DNA of 64,000 nucleotides from an uncultured Caulobacteraceae bacterium (GTDB lineage Bacteria; Pseudomonadota; Alphaproteobacteria; Caulobacterales; Caulobacteraceae): NCBI GenBank assembly GCA_964242625.1, contig CAXTAO010000007.1, positions 7,484 to 71,483 of the forward strand, read 5' to 3'. Shown piece by piece: positions 45,445 to 53,876 of this stretch (position 1 is its first letter; each line of letters starts with the position of its first letter). The notes under the pieces were generated by a model. It saw only the letters and a program-made list of their open reading frames with translations, ran no database searches and was not told where the DNA came from. The position numbers and the translations under genes were made by a program.

Positions 45445-47907
45445 TCAAGCCGCCACGATGCGGCCTTCGAAGGCGCCGAAGTCGCAGTGGGCGTGCACCA
45501 CGACGGCGCCCGGCGTTCCGCTCGACTGCACGAGCGCCATCGCCGAGCCGCTGAAAGCGCGACGGGTGGACGCTTTGTCCGGCTCGTGGCTCGTGGGATC
45601 GCCGTTGCCGACGCCGATCAGGCGGCCGGGCCCTTCGATGCTGAAGCGGAGCGAGGTGTCGGCGTGGGGCGCCGGGCGACCGACCTCGTCCAGGACGTCG
45701 ACCCTCACGACTGCGAGATCGCGCCCGTCCGCGGCGATGCGGCCGCGGTCGGGCGTGAGGAGGAGCCGCGCGGGCGCGCCCGCGGTCTCCTGGCGCGCAC
45801 GCGTCACCAGCTGGCCCGCATGATAGCCGCGCGCCTCCAACACGCCGGGGCGATACGGCACCCGCCAGGACACGTGCCGGTCGCGAGCGACCGTCCGCGT
45901 CCCGAGACTGCGGCCGTCGAGGAAGAGTTCGACCACGTCGGCGTTGGCGTAGCACCATACGTCGATCGCCTCGCCCTCGCGCCCTGGCCACGTCCAGTGC
46001 GGGAACAGGTGCAGGAGCGGGTCCGCGCTCCACCACGCCTTATAGTAGAAGTACTCGTCCTTCGGGATGCCGCAGCTGTCGAGCACCCCGAAGTAGGAAG
46101 CGACGCTGGGCCATCGGGCGAAGGGGGTGGGTTCGCCGCGATAGTCGAAGCCGGTCCAGACGAAGCCGCCCGCGATGTAGGGGCGCGCGTCGACATACGG
46201 CCACCAGCCCTCCGCCGTGGTCGCCCACCAGGGCGCCTCCGTGTCGTAGGCGGTGGTGAACTGGCGCACGGGGTCGCGCACGTAGACGCCGCGGGTGGTG
46301 ACGGTGCTGGCCGTCTCCGTGCCCATCACGGGCGTGCGCGGGAAGCGCGCGTGGAAGGCGTCCATCTGGGTGGTGCGGTAGTTGAAGCCCAGCACGTCCA
46401 GCACGGGCGTGACGCCCTCGCCCCAGCCCTTGTCCATCGCCTCGGTGACCGGGCGCGTCCCGTCGAGATCGTCGACGAGGCGCTTCATTGTCTCCGCGAC
46501 ACGGGCCCCGCGCGCCGTGGACTGCTGCGGCTCCTCGTTGCCGATGGACCAGGCGATCACGCTGGGATGGTTGCGGTCGCGCCGCACGAGGCGGGAGAGC
46601 TCGTCCAGCGACTCGGGGTCGGACGACATGCGCCGTGTCTCGTCGATCACCAGTATGCCCAGCCCGTCGCAGGCGTCGAGGAGCTCGGGCGCGGGCGGCC
46701 CGTGGGCGGCGCGGTAGGCGTTGGAGCCCATCGCCTTCAGCCGTTCGATGCGGAAGGCGTGCAGGCGGTCGGGCAGGGCCACGCCCACGCCGGCGTGGTC
46801 CTGGTGATTGCACGTGCCTTTCAGCTTCAAGGGCTGACCGTTGAGCAGGAAGCCCCGTTCCGGATCGAAGCGGGCGTCGCGCACCCCGAACGCGGTCTCG
46901 ATCCGGTCGACCGTGAGGCCGCCGACGCGCACCTCGGTGACGAGCCTGTGCAGCTGCGGCGCGTCCACCGACCAGAGCGCCGGGCGCGAAAGCGTGAGCT
47001 CCCGCTTCACGGTGGTCGTGGACCGTCCCCTTCCGGAGAAGGCGCTCGCCGCGGGTCCAGCGACTCTGTGGCCTTGCGGGTCGTAGACGCTGACGACGAC
47101 CTCGCCCGTCGCCGCCGCGTCCTGCGCCACCTCCACCTCGGTCAGAACCGTCAGCCTCGCCGTCTTGTGGTCGGCGGCGAGCTCCGGACGCACCACCACG
47201 CCCGCCCAGGGCGTGTGGACGGCCGCGGCCGTCACGAGCCAGACGTGCCGGTAGATGCCGGCGCCCTCGTAAAACCAGCCCTCGCCCTCGCTCGCGTCGA
47301 CGCGCACCGTGAGCACGTTCTCCGCGCCGAAGTTCGCGACGTCCGAGATGTCCACCTGGAAGGGCGCATAGCCGCTGGCGTTGCGGACGAGATGGTAGCC
47401 GTTCACGAACACGCGGGCGTCGCGGAAGACGCCGTCGAACTCGAGCCAGACGCGCCTCCGCGCATCCGCCTCCGGCAGCGGGAAGGTGCGGCGGTACCAC
47501 CCCACGCTGGTGGACGGGAACTCCCTCCCGAGCGGCTTGTAGCCGTGCGCCGCGCGAGGATCGTCGACACCCTGCGCGGTCGGGGCGGCGGGGGGCGCGA
47601 AGGGCAGGTCGACCGCCCAGTCGTGCGGCAGCCGGACGGGTCGCCAAGCGGAGGCGTCGAAGCCTGCGCGCATGGGCCCGGGCGAGCTGTCGCTCACCCC
47701 GGCCTTGGCGAACAGCGTCTGGTCACGGCCGAAGCCGAAGTCGCGGGCGGGATCCTGCGCGTGGCCAAGCGCAAACCGCCAGTCCTCGTCCAGGCTGAGG
47801 CGCGTGCGACCAGGCGGTGGCGAAGGCGCGGCCGTAACGCCCTTGGCCGAGCCCGCGACGGCGGCCATGACGCCGGCCTTGACGACGTCGCGACGACCAA
47901 TTGGCAT
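45445..47907 (-). CDS. GH2 beta-galactosidase/beta-glucuronidase-family hydrolase, Tat-exported
   Basis: I prefer the ATG at 47907 after GGAGGT. Leader MPIGRRDVVKAGVMAAVAGSA. LDEDWRF, NAYRAAHGPP and NHPSVIAWSIGNEE (acid/base Glu) motifs. Confidence 0.9.
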   Translation of the reverse strand: MPIGRRDVVKAGVMAAVAGSAKGVTAAPSPPPGRTRLSLDEDWRFALGHAQDPARDFGFGRDQTLFAKAGVSDSSPGPMRAGFDASAWRPVRLPHDWAVDLPFAPPAAPTAQGVDDPRAAHGYKPLGREFPSTSVGWYRRTFPLPEADARRRVWLEFDGVFRDARVFVNGYHLVRNASGYAPFQVDISDVANFGAENVLTVRVDASEGEGWFYEGAGIYRHVWLVTAAAVHTPWAGVVVRPELAADHKTARLTVLTEVEVAQDAAATGEVVVSVYDPQGHRVAGPAASAFSGRGRSTTTVKRELTLSRPALWSVDAPQLHRLVTEVRVGGLTVDRIETAFGVRDARFDPERGFLLNGQPLKLKGTCNHQDHAGVGVALPDRLHAFRIERLKAMGSNAYRAAHGPPAPELLDACDGLGILVIDETRRMSSDPESLDELSRLVRRDRNHPSVIAWSIGNEEPQQSTARGARVAETMKRLVDDLDGTRPVTEAMDKGWGEGVTPVLDVLGFNYRTTQMDAFHARFPRTPVMGTETASTVTTRGVYVRDPVRQFTTAYDTEAPWWATTAEGWWPYVDARPYIAGGFVWTGFDYRGEPTPFARWPSVASYFGVLDSCGIPKDEYFYYKAWWSADPLLHLFPHWTWPGREGEAIDVWCYANADVVELFLDGRSLGTRTVARDRHVSWRVPYRPGVLEARGYHAGQLVTRARQETAGAPARLLLTPDRGRIAADGRDLAVVRVDVLDEVGRPAPHADTSLRFSIEGPGRLIGVGNGDPTSHEPDKASTRRAFSGSAMALVQSSGTPGAVVVHAHCDFGAFEGRIVAA

Positions 47908-48021
47908 GTCGACCTCCATCCAGCAGTTGTTCATACAAAGCGGGTGGTGGGAAGGTGAGTGCGGGCCTTGGCCGCGGTGTGGCGCTCACGCCAGGACGGG
48001 CGTATCGCCGGCGGGGTGAGC

Positions 48022-48729
48022 ATGACGGATTTCGAGCGCGGTCCGAACCTGACCCGCAGCATCGTGGAGGACCTCGGCCTGCGCATCGTGGCGGGCGGCT
48101 ATGGCGGCGAGAGCGCGCCGTTTCCGATAGAGCAGGAGCTGTGCCGCCAGTACGGAGCCAGCCGCCCGGTGCTTCGCGAGGCGGTGAAAATGCTCACCGC
48201 CAAGGGACTGCTCGGCGCGCGACCGAGCGCAGGCACCTGGGTGCGCCCCGAAGGCGAGTGGAACCTGCTCGACCCCGACGTGCTGCGCTGGACTCTGGAG
48301 CGCCAGTTCTCCCTGTCGCTCCTGCGCGAGTTCACGCAGGTGAGGGCCGCGGTGGAGCCGGCGGCCGCCGCCCTGGCCGCACAAGCCGATGCGACAGGCA
48401 AGGCCAAGGTGCGCGACGGCATCGAACGGATGACGGCCGCCGGCCGCGGCGAGGACGATCACCTCGAGGCCGATATCGCGTTCCACGTCGCCGTGCTGCA
48501 GGCCAGCAACAATCGCTTCTACGCCCAGCTCAGCCAGCTGACGGAGACCGCGCTCCGCTTCTCGATCCGCCGCACCAACGACTACAAGGGCGTGGCGGTC
48601 GCAAGCCTGGTCGACCACCGGCGCGTGGCCGACGCCATAGCCGCCGGCAATCCCGAACTCGCGTCCGGAAGCATGCGCGTGCTGATCCTCGAAGCGCTCA
48701 GCCTGATCGAGAGCGCCGCCCTCGGCTAG
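48022..48729 (+). CDS. GntR/FadR-family transcriptional regulator
   Basis: I prefer the internal ATG at 48022. EQELCRQYGASRPVLREAVKMLTAKGLL winged HTH followed by an FCD-type helical domain. Divergent from the GH2-TonB-receptor operon. Confidence 0.88.
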   Translation: MTDFERGPNLTRSIVEDLGLRIVAGGYGGESAPFPIEQELCRQYGASRPVLREAVKMLTAKGLLGARPSAGTWVRPEGEWNLLDPDVLRWTLERQFSLSLLREFTQVRAAVEPAAAALAAQADATGKAKVRDGIERMTAAGRGEDDHLEADIAFHVAVLQASNNRFYAQLSQLTETALRFSIRRTNDYKGVAVASLVDHRRVADAIAAGNPELASGSMRVLILEALSLIESAALG

Positions 48730-48773
48730 GGTGTCGAGACGTCATCTTGGCCGACGAGAAGGCGTCGCCGCGC

Positions 48774-49970
48774 TCAGGCTTCGTACCAGACTGGACGGGG
48801 AAGCGGATTCAGCGCGCGTATGCGCTGCAGCACCTGGGGCGTGAGCGAGCCCGGAGCGTAGCTTCGGTCGCTGAGGAGGCGGATCTTGGCTGAGGTCGAG
48901 ACCTCGTCGGGGTCGGTGGGGCCCGTCCGCCACTTGGCGCCAAACGCGCGCAACGCGAGCGAGCCGAGGTCGAGCGGTTCGGCGTCGAATTCGGCGTCCG
49001 GGTCGGCCTTCTGCGCGAACCATTGCACCTGGGCGGCGTCCAGCGTCAGCCCGGCGCGCGCCGCGCCCTCGGCTATCCACAGGAGCGGGGGATAGCTGAT
49101 GGGGCTCGCGCCCCCGCCGCCGACCGACCCGTGCCCTCCGGGAAACCACGCCTGCTGGTACGGTCGGCGCGCGTAGGGCAGGGCGGCGGCGCTCGCGTTG
49201 GTGTTGAGCTCGGCCACGTTGGTCCAGAGCGAGGGCACGAAGGTCGCGCGCTTCTCGTCCAGGGACACCGCGTGCCGCGCGGAACGCACGAAGCGCGACA
49301 GCGACAGGTCGTGGAAGGCGTACTGCTTGTCGACCGTGTCGGCGAACGGCAGGCCCGAGGGAATGCCGAGCGAGCCCACCGTGTCCCACACGCCGACGTA
49401 CTGGACCCAGGCGCACCGCTCGCGGTCCGGGGGGTCGAGCGAGCCGGGGTCGGCGGGATCGTAGGCCTTGCCGTCGGTGAAGACGTCGCCGACGGGATAG
49501 CACCACAGGCTATAGAAGTGCTTCACGTCCGCGTCCCAGGCCGCCGCGCGCTGGGCGTCGGCGTCGGCCGCCGGGCGCGAGCGGTAGAGGTCGACCGCCT
49601 CGTCCACGCGGGCGGCCTCCTCGCGCCGCAGGATCCAGACCTGCCGCAGGAGGCCCGCGAGGCTGCGCACCGTGTAGGCGCCGCGACTGAAGCCGAACAG
49701 GAAGATGCGGTCGCCCGGCACGTAGTTCAGGCACAGGAATTCGTAGGCGCGCGCGATCTTGTAGTCCAAGCCTTTGCCGAACGCCCCGCCCAGGATGTGT
49801 ACGAGGTGATCGGCGGCGCCCTGCGCGACGCCGACCCCGTCGTCGTAGTAGATCAGTTGCGGGACGGCGCCCTGCGCCAACGTCGCGCGAGCCAGGCGCG
49901 CGACGTTGGTGGGATCGCGCTGGGTGAAGTTCTGCCAGCTACCGTCACAGAAGATGGCGATGTTCTTCAT
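48774..49970 (-). CDS. DUF2235 (Tle1-like) alpha/beta-hydrolase domain protein
   Basis: MKNIAIFCDGSWQN...YYDDGVG and FLFGFSRGAYTVRSLAGL (GxSxG nucleophile elbow) are typical of DUF2235. No signal peptide. Last gene of the tightly spaced minus-strand operon. Confidence 0.8.
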   Translation of the reverse strand: MKNIAIFCDGSWQNFTQRDPTNVARLARATLAQGAVPQLIYYDDGVGVAQGAADHLVHILGGAFGKGLDYKIARAYEFLCLNYVPGDRIFLFGFSRGAYTVRSLAGLLRQVWILRREEAARVDEAVDLYRSRPAADADAQRAAAWDADVKHFYSLWCYPVGDVFTDGKAYDPADPGSLDPPDRERCAWVQYVGVWDTVGSLGIPSGLPFADTVDKQYAFHDLSLSRFVRSARHAVSLDEKRATFVPSLWTNVAELNTNASAAALPYARRPYQQAWFPGGHGSVGGGGASPISYPPLLWIAEGAARAGLTLDAAQVQWFAQKADPDAEFDAEPLDLGSLALRAFGAKWRTGPTDPDEVSTSAKIRLLSDRSYAPGSLTPQVLQRIRALNPLPRPVWYEA

Positions 49971-49986
49971 CCAGGGCGGCGTCCTT

Positions 49987-51807
49987 CTACGCGGGAACGG
50001 GGGTGGGCGCGGGCTGCGTCGTCGTGGTCGCGTCGCCGCCCAAGCCGCCCGCCACCGTGGACGCTCCGGTCGCGCCCGTGGTCGTGGCGGGGTTGGGATC
50101 GTCCATGCGCGGCGCGGGCGGCTGGATCTCGCCGATCCAGCCGACGATCTGGCTGCCCTTGATCTCCAGCGTCCCGCCGTGGCCGTCGCTGGTGAAGGTC
50201 ATGCCCGAGTCGTCGCTGGTGGAGGTGTCGAACGCCCCGTCGTTGCGGGAGCCGGAGTATGAGCCCGAGGCGTGCGCGAACAGATAGTGCACCGACGCGC
50301 TCACCGAAGTCGAGCTCGTGCTTGCGGTTCCGTCGGCGTGCTGGGACGCGGTCGAGAACGCCGACCCTGCGTCGCCCCAGTCGTCGGCGGTGATCTTGAC
50401 GTTGCGGATGATCACGAACGCCTTTGGGATCATCGGCAGGAGCTTGGCCTTGTCGCCCACTTGAGTGATGATCTGCCCGTCGCTGATGCTGTTCTTCTTC
50501 TGGCCGACCATGTACCAGCCTTCCATGTTGAGCAGGTCGCCCAAGAGCCAGGGCCGCTCGATGGTGGCCAGGAAATATTCGAATTCGATGCTCGCGCTGC
50601 TCGACTTGTCGGCGTAGTGCGACCACGAGTTTTGGTCGCCCTGGTTGTCGAAGGCGCTGTGCGACTGGCTGTGCGACACGCTCACGTCGCCGCCGGCGAA
50701 TCCCACGTTGATCCCGGCGCTGCCGCTCGCCGACGACTGCGAGTTGTTGTACCAGTTGCGCGCGTAGCTTGAGGAACCGCTGGCGCTCGACGCCGCGAAC
50801 ATGCGGTCGTCGGCCGTGATCTTCTGCACGCCGAACGAGTCGTTGGTGTGGTCCCACCAGGAGATCGGATTGATGTAGGACCACGGCACGTTGGACGACA
50901 CCGTGCCGCCGAGCTGGATGTTGTAGGCGCCCCACATCTCGCGCGCCATGGCGGCGAGCGCGGTGATGGCGTTCTCGCCGACCGTGGCGATCACGTTGAT
51001 GGCGTCCTCCACTTCGCGGCGGCCCATGGCGTTGAGGTCGTCGAGCGCCTGAGTGACCTTGTTCGCGTAGGTCGCGGCGGTGACGGGATAGGCGGCGCCC
51101 TCCACCGGGTCCGCCATGGCGCGGGCGTAGGCGACCGCCTGGGCGGCGACGGCGTCGGTCCAGGCCGTGCGGTTCTTGCGATACTGGGCGTACTTCGGCG
51201 TGTAGCCGATGAAATCGCCCTTGTCGTTCTGCACATAGAGAAGGGCTTGCGCCGCCTTCACCTTGTTCAGCACGTCCTGAGACGGCTGGTTGGGGTTCAC
51301 CGGCTGCATGCCTTCGATGATGGTGAAGTATTCGATGCTGACGCGCCGCTCGGGCCAGGCGGCGGCTATGCCCTTGTCGGTAACCTCCAGCATGTTGTCG
51401 ACGAGGAAGGAGGTGAACATCGCCGCCTGGATCGACGCCTCCATCTGCTGGTCGGGCTTGGGCTGCGGCGGCGGATAGACCGAGCCGGCGGGCACGCCGG
51501 GGGGCGGGGCGGTGGAGGCCGCGCCCGTGGCCGGTGTGGTGGTGGTGGGGGTGGCCGTAAACGTTCCGTCGTCGCTGAAGCTGGACGACGAGTCGCCCCC
51601 GCCCGGCGTCCAGGCGTTGGCGTACATCTTGGGGTCCACGGGGTAGCCCATGGCCATGTGCATGTAGACCGCCGAGCCGGAGGGCTTGCCGTCCGCGCCG
51701 ACCTGCGAGGCCGCGGCGAAGGTCTCGATCTGGTCGAGCGCGACCATCAGCGCCTTGGTGATGGCGCCGGCTTGGTCGAGCGAGGTCTGGGCGGAGGGAG
51801 GGGGCAT
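49987..51807 (-). CDS. Unknown 606-aa protein (paralogous in part to the upstream LGFP protein), with Ser/Thr-rich alternating segments
   Basis: AAGGAG SD. Balanced, non-artefactual composition (W, Y, F, N, K, I present), unlike the overlapping Arg-rich frames. No signal peptide and no family I recognise. Confidence 0.8.
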   Translation of the reverse strand: MPPPSAQTSLDQAGAITKALMVALDQIETFAAASQVGADGKPSGSAVYMHMAMGYPVDPKMYANAWTPGGGDSSSSFSDDGTFTATPTTTTPATGAASTAPPPGVPAGSVYPPPQPKPDQQMEASIQAAMFTSFLVDNMLEVTDKGIAAAWPERRVSIEYFTIIEGMQPVNPNQPSQDVLNKVKAAQALLYVQNDKGDFIGYTPKYAQYRKNRTAWTDAVAAQAVAYARAMADPVEGAAYPVTAATYANKVTQALDDLNAMGRREVEDAINVIATVGENAITALAAMAREMWGAYNIQLGGTVSSNVPWSYINPISWWDHTNDSFGVQKITADDRMFAASSASGSSSYARNWYNNSQSSASGSAGINVGFAGGDVSVSHSQSHSAFDNQGDQNSWSHYADKSSSASIEFEYFLATIERPWLLGDLLNMEGWYMVGQKKNSISDGQIITQVGDKAKLLPMIPKAFVIIRNVKITADDWGDAGSAFSTASQHADGTASTSSTSVSASVHYLFAHASGSYSGSRNDGAFDTSTSDDSGMTFTSDGHGGTLEIKGSQIVGWIGEIQPPAPRMDDPNPATTTGATGASTVAGGLGGDATTTTQPAPTPVPA

Positions 51808-51822
51808 GGGAGAGGCTCCTTT

Positions 51823-53820
51823 TCAGGCGGGGGCGTCCGCGGGGGCGGGCGCGTCGACGGGAGGGCTGGCGGGGGCGGCGGACGCGGGTGGGGCGTAGCC
51901 GGGGGCGTCCACGGGCGGCAGCACCGGCAGGCGCGAGCAGAACATCGCCACCACCTGCATGCCGTCCGCCGGGTAGGTGACGCCCACGCCGCCCGGTCCG
52001 GCCCGGCCGGCCACCCCCGCCAACGACAGGGGGCCGAGGCTCGCTGCGCCGCTCTGCAGGGCGCTGGCCGCCGCCGCCGACCAGCTGCCGGTGACCTGGA
52101 GGTTGCGCACGATCACGAGCGCGATCGGCAAGCCGAAGGTCGAGCCGCCGAGGTCCGAGCGGGGGGGCAGGAGGCCGCCGCGGCCCATGCCCGCGACGTA
52201 CCAGCCGGCGTCGTTCAGGAACGTCCCGTTCCACCAGGGCTGGCCGGCCTGCAGGTAGGCGAGCGTCACCATCTGGTGCTCGAGCGAGATCGTCACCGTG
52301 TCGGTCGGCGCGGCGGAGACTTCGGGCACCACCACCTGGGCGTTGGCGAAGACGCGCTGGGCGTCGAAGCGCGCGGGCATGTAGCCGCGTCGGAAGACGG
52401 CGGCTTCAAGTCGGGGCGTCTGGGCCGAGGCGGGGACGAGCGCGGCCAGCGGCGTCACACGCTCCGTGAGGGTGGTCGCCAGGGCCTCATGGGCGAAGCG
52501 GGAGCTGAACACCGGCGGGGGCTCCCGCGGAGGCCCCGTGGAAGAGGTGGGAGGGGGAGGCGAGGGCGCCGGATCGGTCGCCTGGGCGAACTCGCGCAGC
52601 CGCCAGAAGTCCGGACGCACGAAGATCGGCCGGCCCACCGGCCGGCCGCCATCGGAGGGTGGCGGTGGCGGTGGCGCCGTGTCGCTAGACGAGGCCTGGA
52701 AGCCGATCCAGTAGCTCTGCCCGGCGCCGTCCACGGGCCAGTCTCCCGGCATGCAAACGATCGGCTTGAGCGCGCCCGGCGGCCCGTAGCTCGCCTTGGC
52801 CGAAGCGATCTCGCCGGCGAGGCGCGACCAGGCGTCGGAGGCGGCGACGGCCGCGGGCTGGGCGGCGCCCACCGCCACCTCGTAGATCTGCGTCGCCGTG
52901 CCGTAGGAGGGGTCCTTCTGCAGCACCGCCGCGCTCGCGGGCGAGACCACGAACGGCGAGTCGAAATTGACCTCGAGCCAGGTCTGCAGCTGGGTCGGGT
53001 TGAGCACCCCGCCCTGCACGAGGTCGTTCGGCACCGCCACGCCCGCCGGCAGAAAGGCCAAGTCGCCGATGGCGGACGCGCCCGGATAGGCGGCGGCGAT
53101 CGCGTCGGCCAACCGCTGGCCGAGGATGCGCAGCATCTCGACCGACGGCGGGGGCGGGGGTTTGATCGCCGCGCCGTCCGCCTGCGTCCACCGCACCACG
53201 CCGTGCTGGAAGATCTGCTCCACCGCGCCGTCGTCCACGGGCGTCTCGTCGGCCACGGGGAAGCCCAGCTGTCCGCCGGCTCCGCCCGCCTTGAGCCAGG
53301 CCTGCCGGATCGCACCGCGCACCACCCACGCCCCCGTGTCGGCGGACCAGACGATGGAGGCGTCGGCGGCGAAGTCGTTGAAGTAGCCGCCGCCCGCCGT
53401 CGCCGTCTCGTCGGTGGTGGGGAAGCCCAGCGGGCTTGAGGGGCCGCCCGTGCCGCGCCAGCGCGCCGCGATGCCGCCGTGGGTGAAATGGGCCCCGGTG
53501 GCCTGCGTCCACCATAGGTCGTAGCCGTTCTGGAAGGCGTTGGTGTAGCCGCCGTTCGCCGTCCCGGTCTCATCGGAACACGGATAGCCGAGCGGCCCCG
53601 CAGGCCCGCCCAGCTCTTCCCAGTGCGCGCGGATGCCGCCATGCACGAACCAGGCCCCGCTCGCGGCAGACCAGTAGAGCGCATAGCCCGTGTCGAACAC
53701 GACGCCCGCGCCGCCCGCGGGCTGGTCGAGCCGCACGTCCACGGGCGAACCCAGCAGGCCCTGCGCTCCGCCCAGGGCGGCGTAGCGATCCGACAGCGGC
53801 CCGGCGGGAACGTCTGGCAT
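51823..53820 (-). CDS. LGFP-repeat protein with a large unknown C-terminal region
   Basis: Four N-terminal repeats of about 50 aa, each ending LGSP/LGYP/LGFP/LGFP with conserved G.I...W...GG. A poly-Pro linker (KPPPPPS) follows, then about 450 aa with no match I recognise. No signal peptide. Confidence 0.8.
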   Translation of the reverse strand: MPDVPAGPLSDRYAALGGAQGLLGSPVDVRLDQPAGGAGVVFDTGYALYWSAASGAWFVHGGIRAHWEELGGPAGPLGYPCSDETGTANGGYTNAFQNGYDLWWTQATGAHFTHGGIAARWRGTGGPSSPLGFPTTDETATAGGGYFNDFAADASIVWSADTGAWVVRGAIRQAWLKAGGAGGQLGFPVADETPVDDGAVEQIFQHGVVRWTQADGAAIKPPPPPSVEMLRILGQRLADAIAAAYPGASAIGDLAFLPAGVAVPNDLVQGGVLNPTQLQTWLEVNFDSPFVVSPASAAVLQKDPSYGTATQIYEVAVGAAQPAAVAASDAWSRLAGEIASAKASYGPPGALKPIVCMPGDWPVDGAGQSYWIGFQASSSDTAPPPPPPSDGGRPVGRPIFVRPDFWRLREFAQATDPAPSPPPPTSSTGPPREPPPVFSSRFAHEALATTLTERVTPLAALVPASAQTPRLEAAVFRRGYMPARFDAQRVFANAQVVVPEVSAAPTDTVTISLEHQMVTLAYLQAGQPWWNGTFLNDAGWYVAGMGRGGLLPPRSDLGGSTFGLPIALVIVRNLQVTGSWSAAAASALQSGAASLGPLSLAGVAGRAGPGGVGVTYPADGMQVVAMFCSRLPVLPPVDAPGYAPPASAAPASPPVDAPAPADAPA

Positions 53821-53876
53821 GCGCGTCGCCCCCAGCGCGACCCGCGTTCCCTAGCGTCCCCGCCCCGGCGTCCGCG

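Noticed and set aside
48774-49970. Calling the DUF2235 protein a type VI secretion effector (Tle1).
   Set aside because: The window contains no Hcp, VgrG, PAAR, TssA-M or adjacent immunity lipoprotein gene, and DUF2235 also occurs outside T6SS contexts. Only the fold family is claimed.
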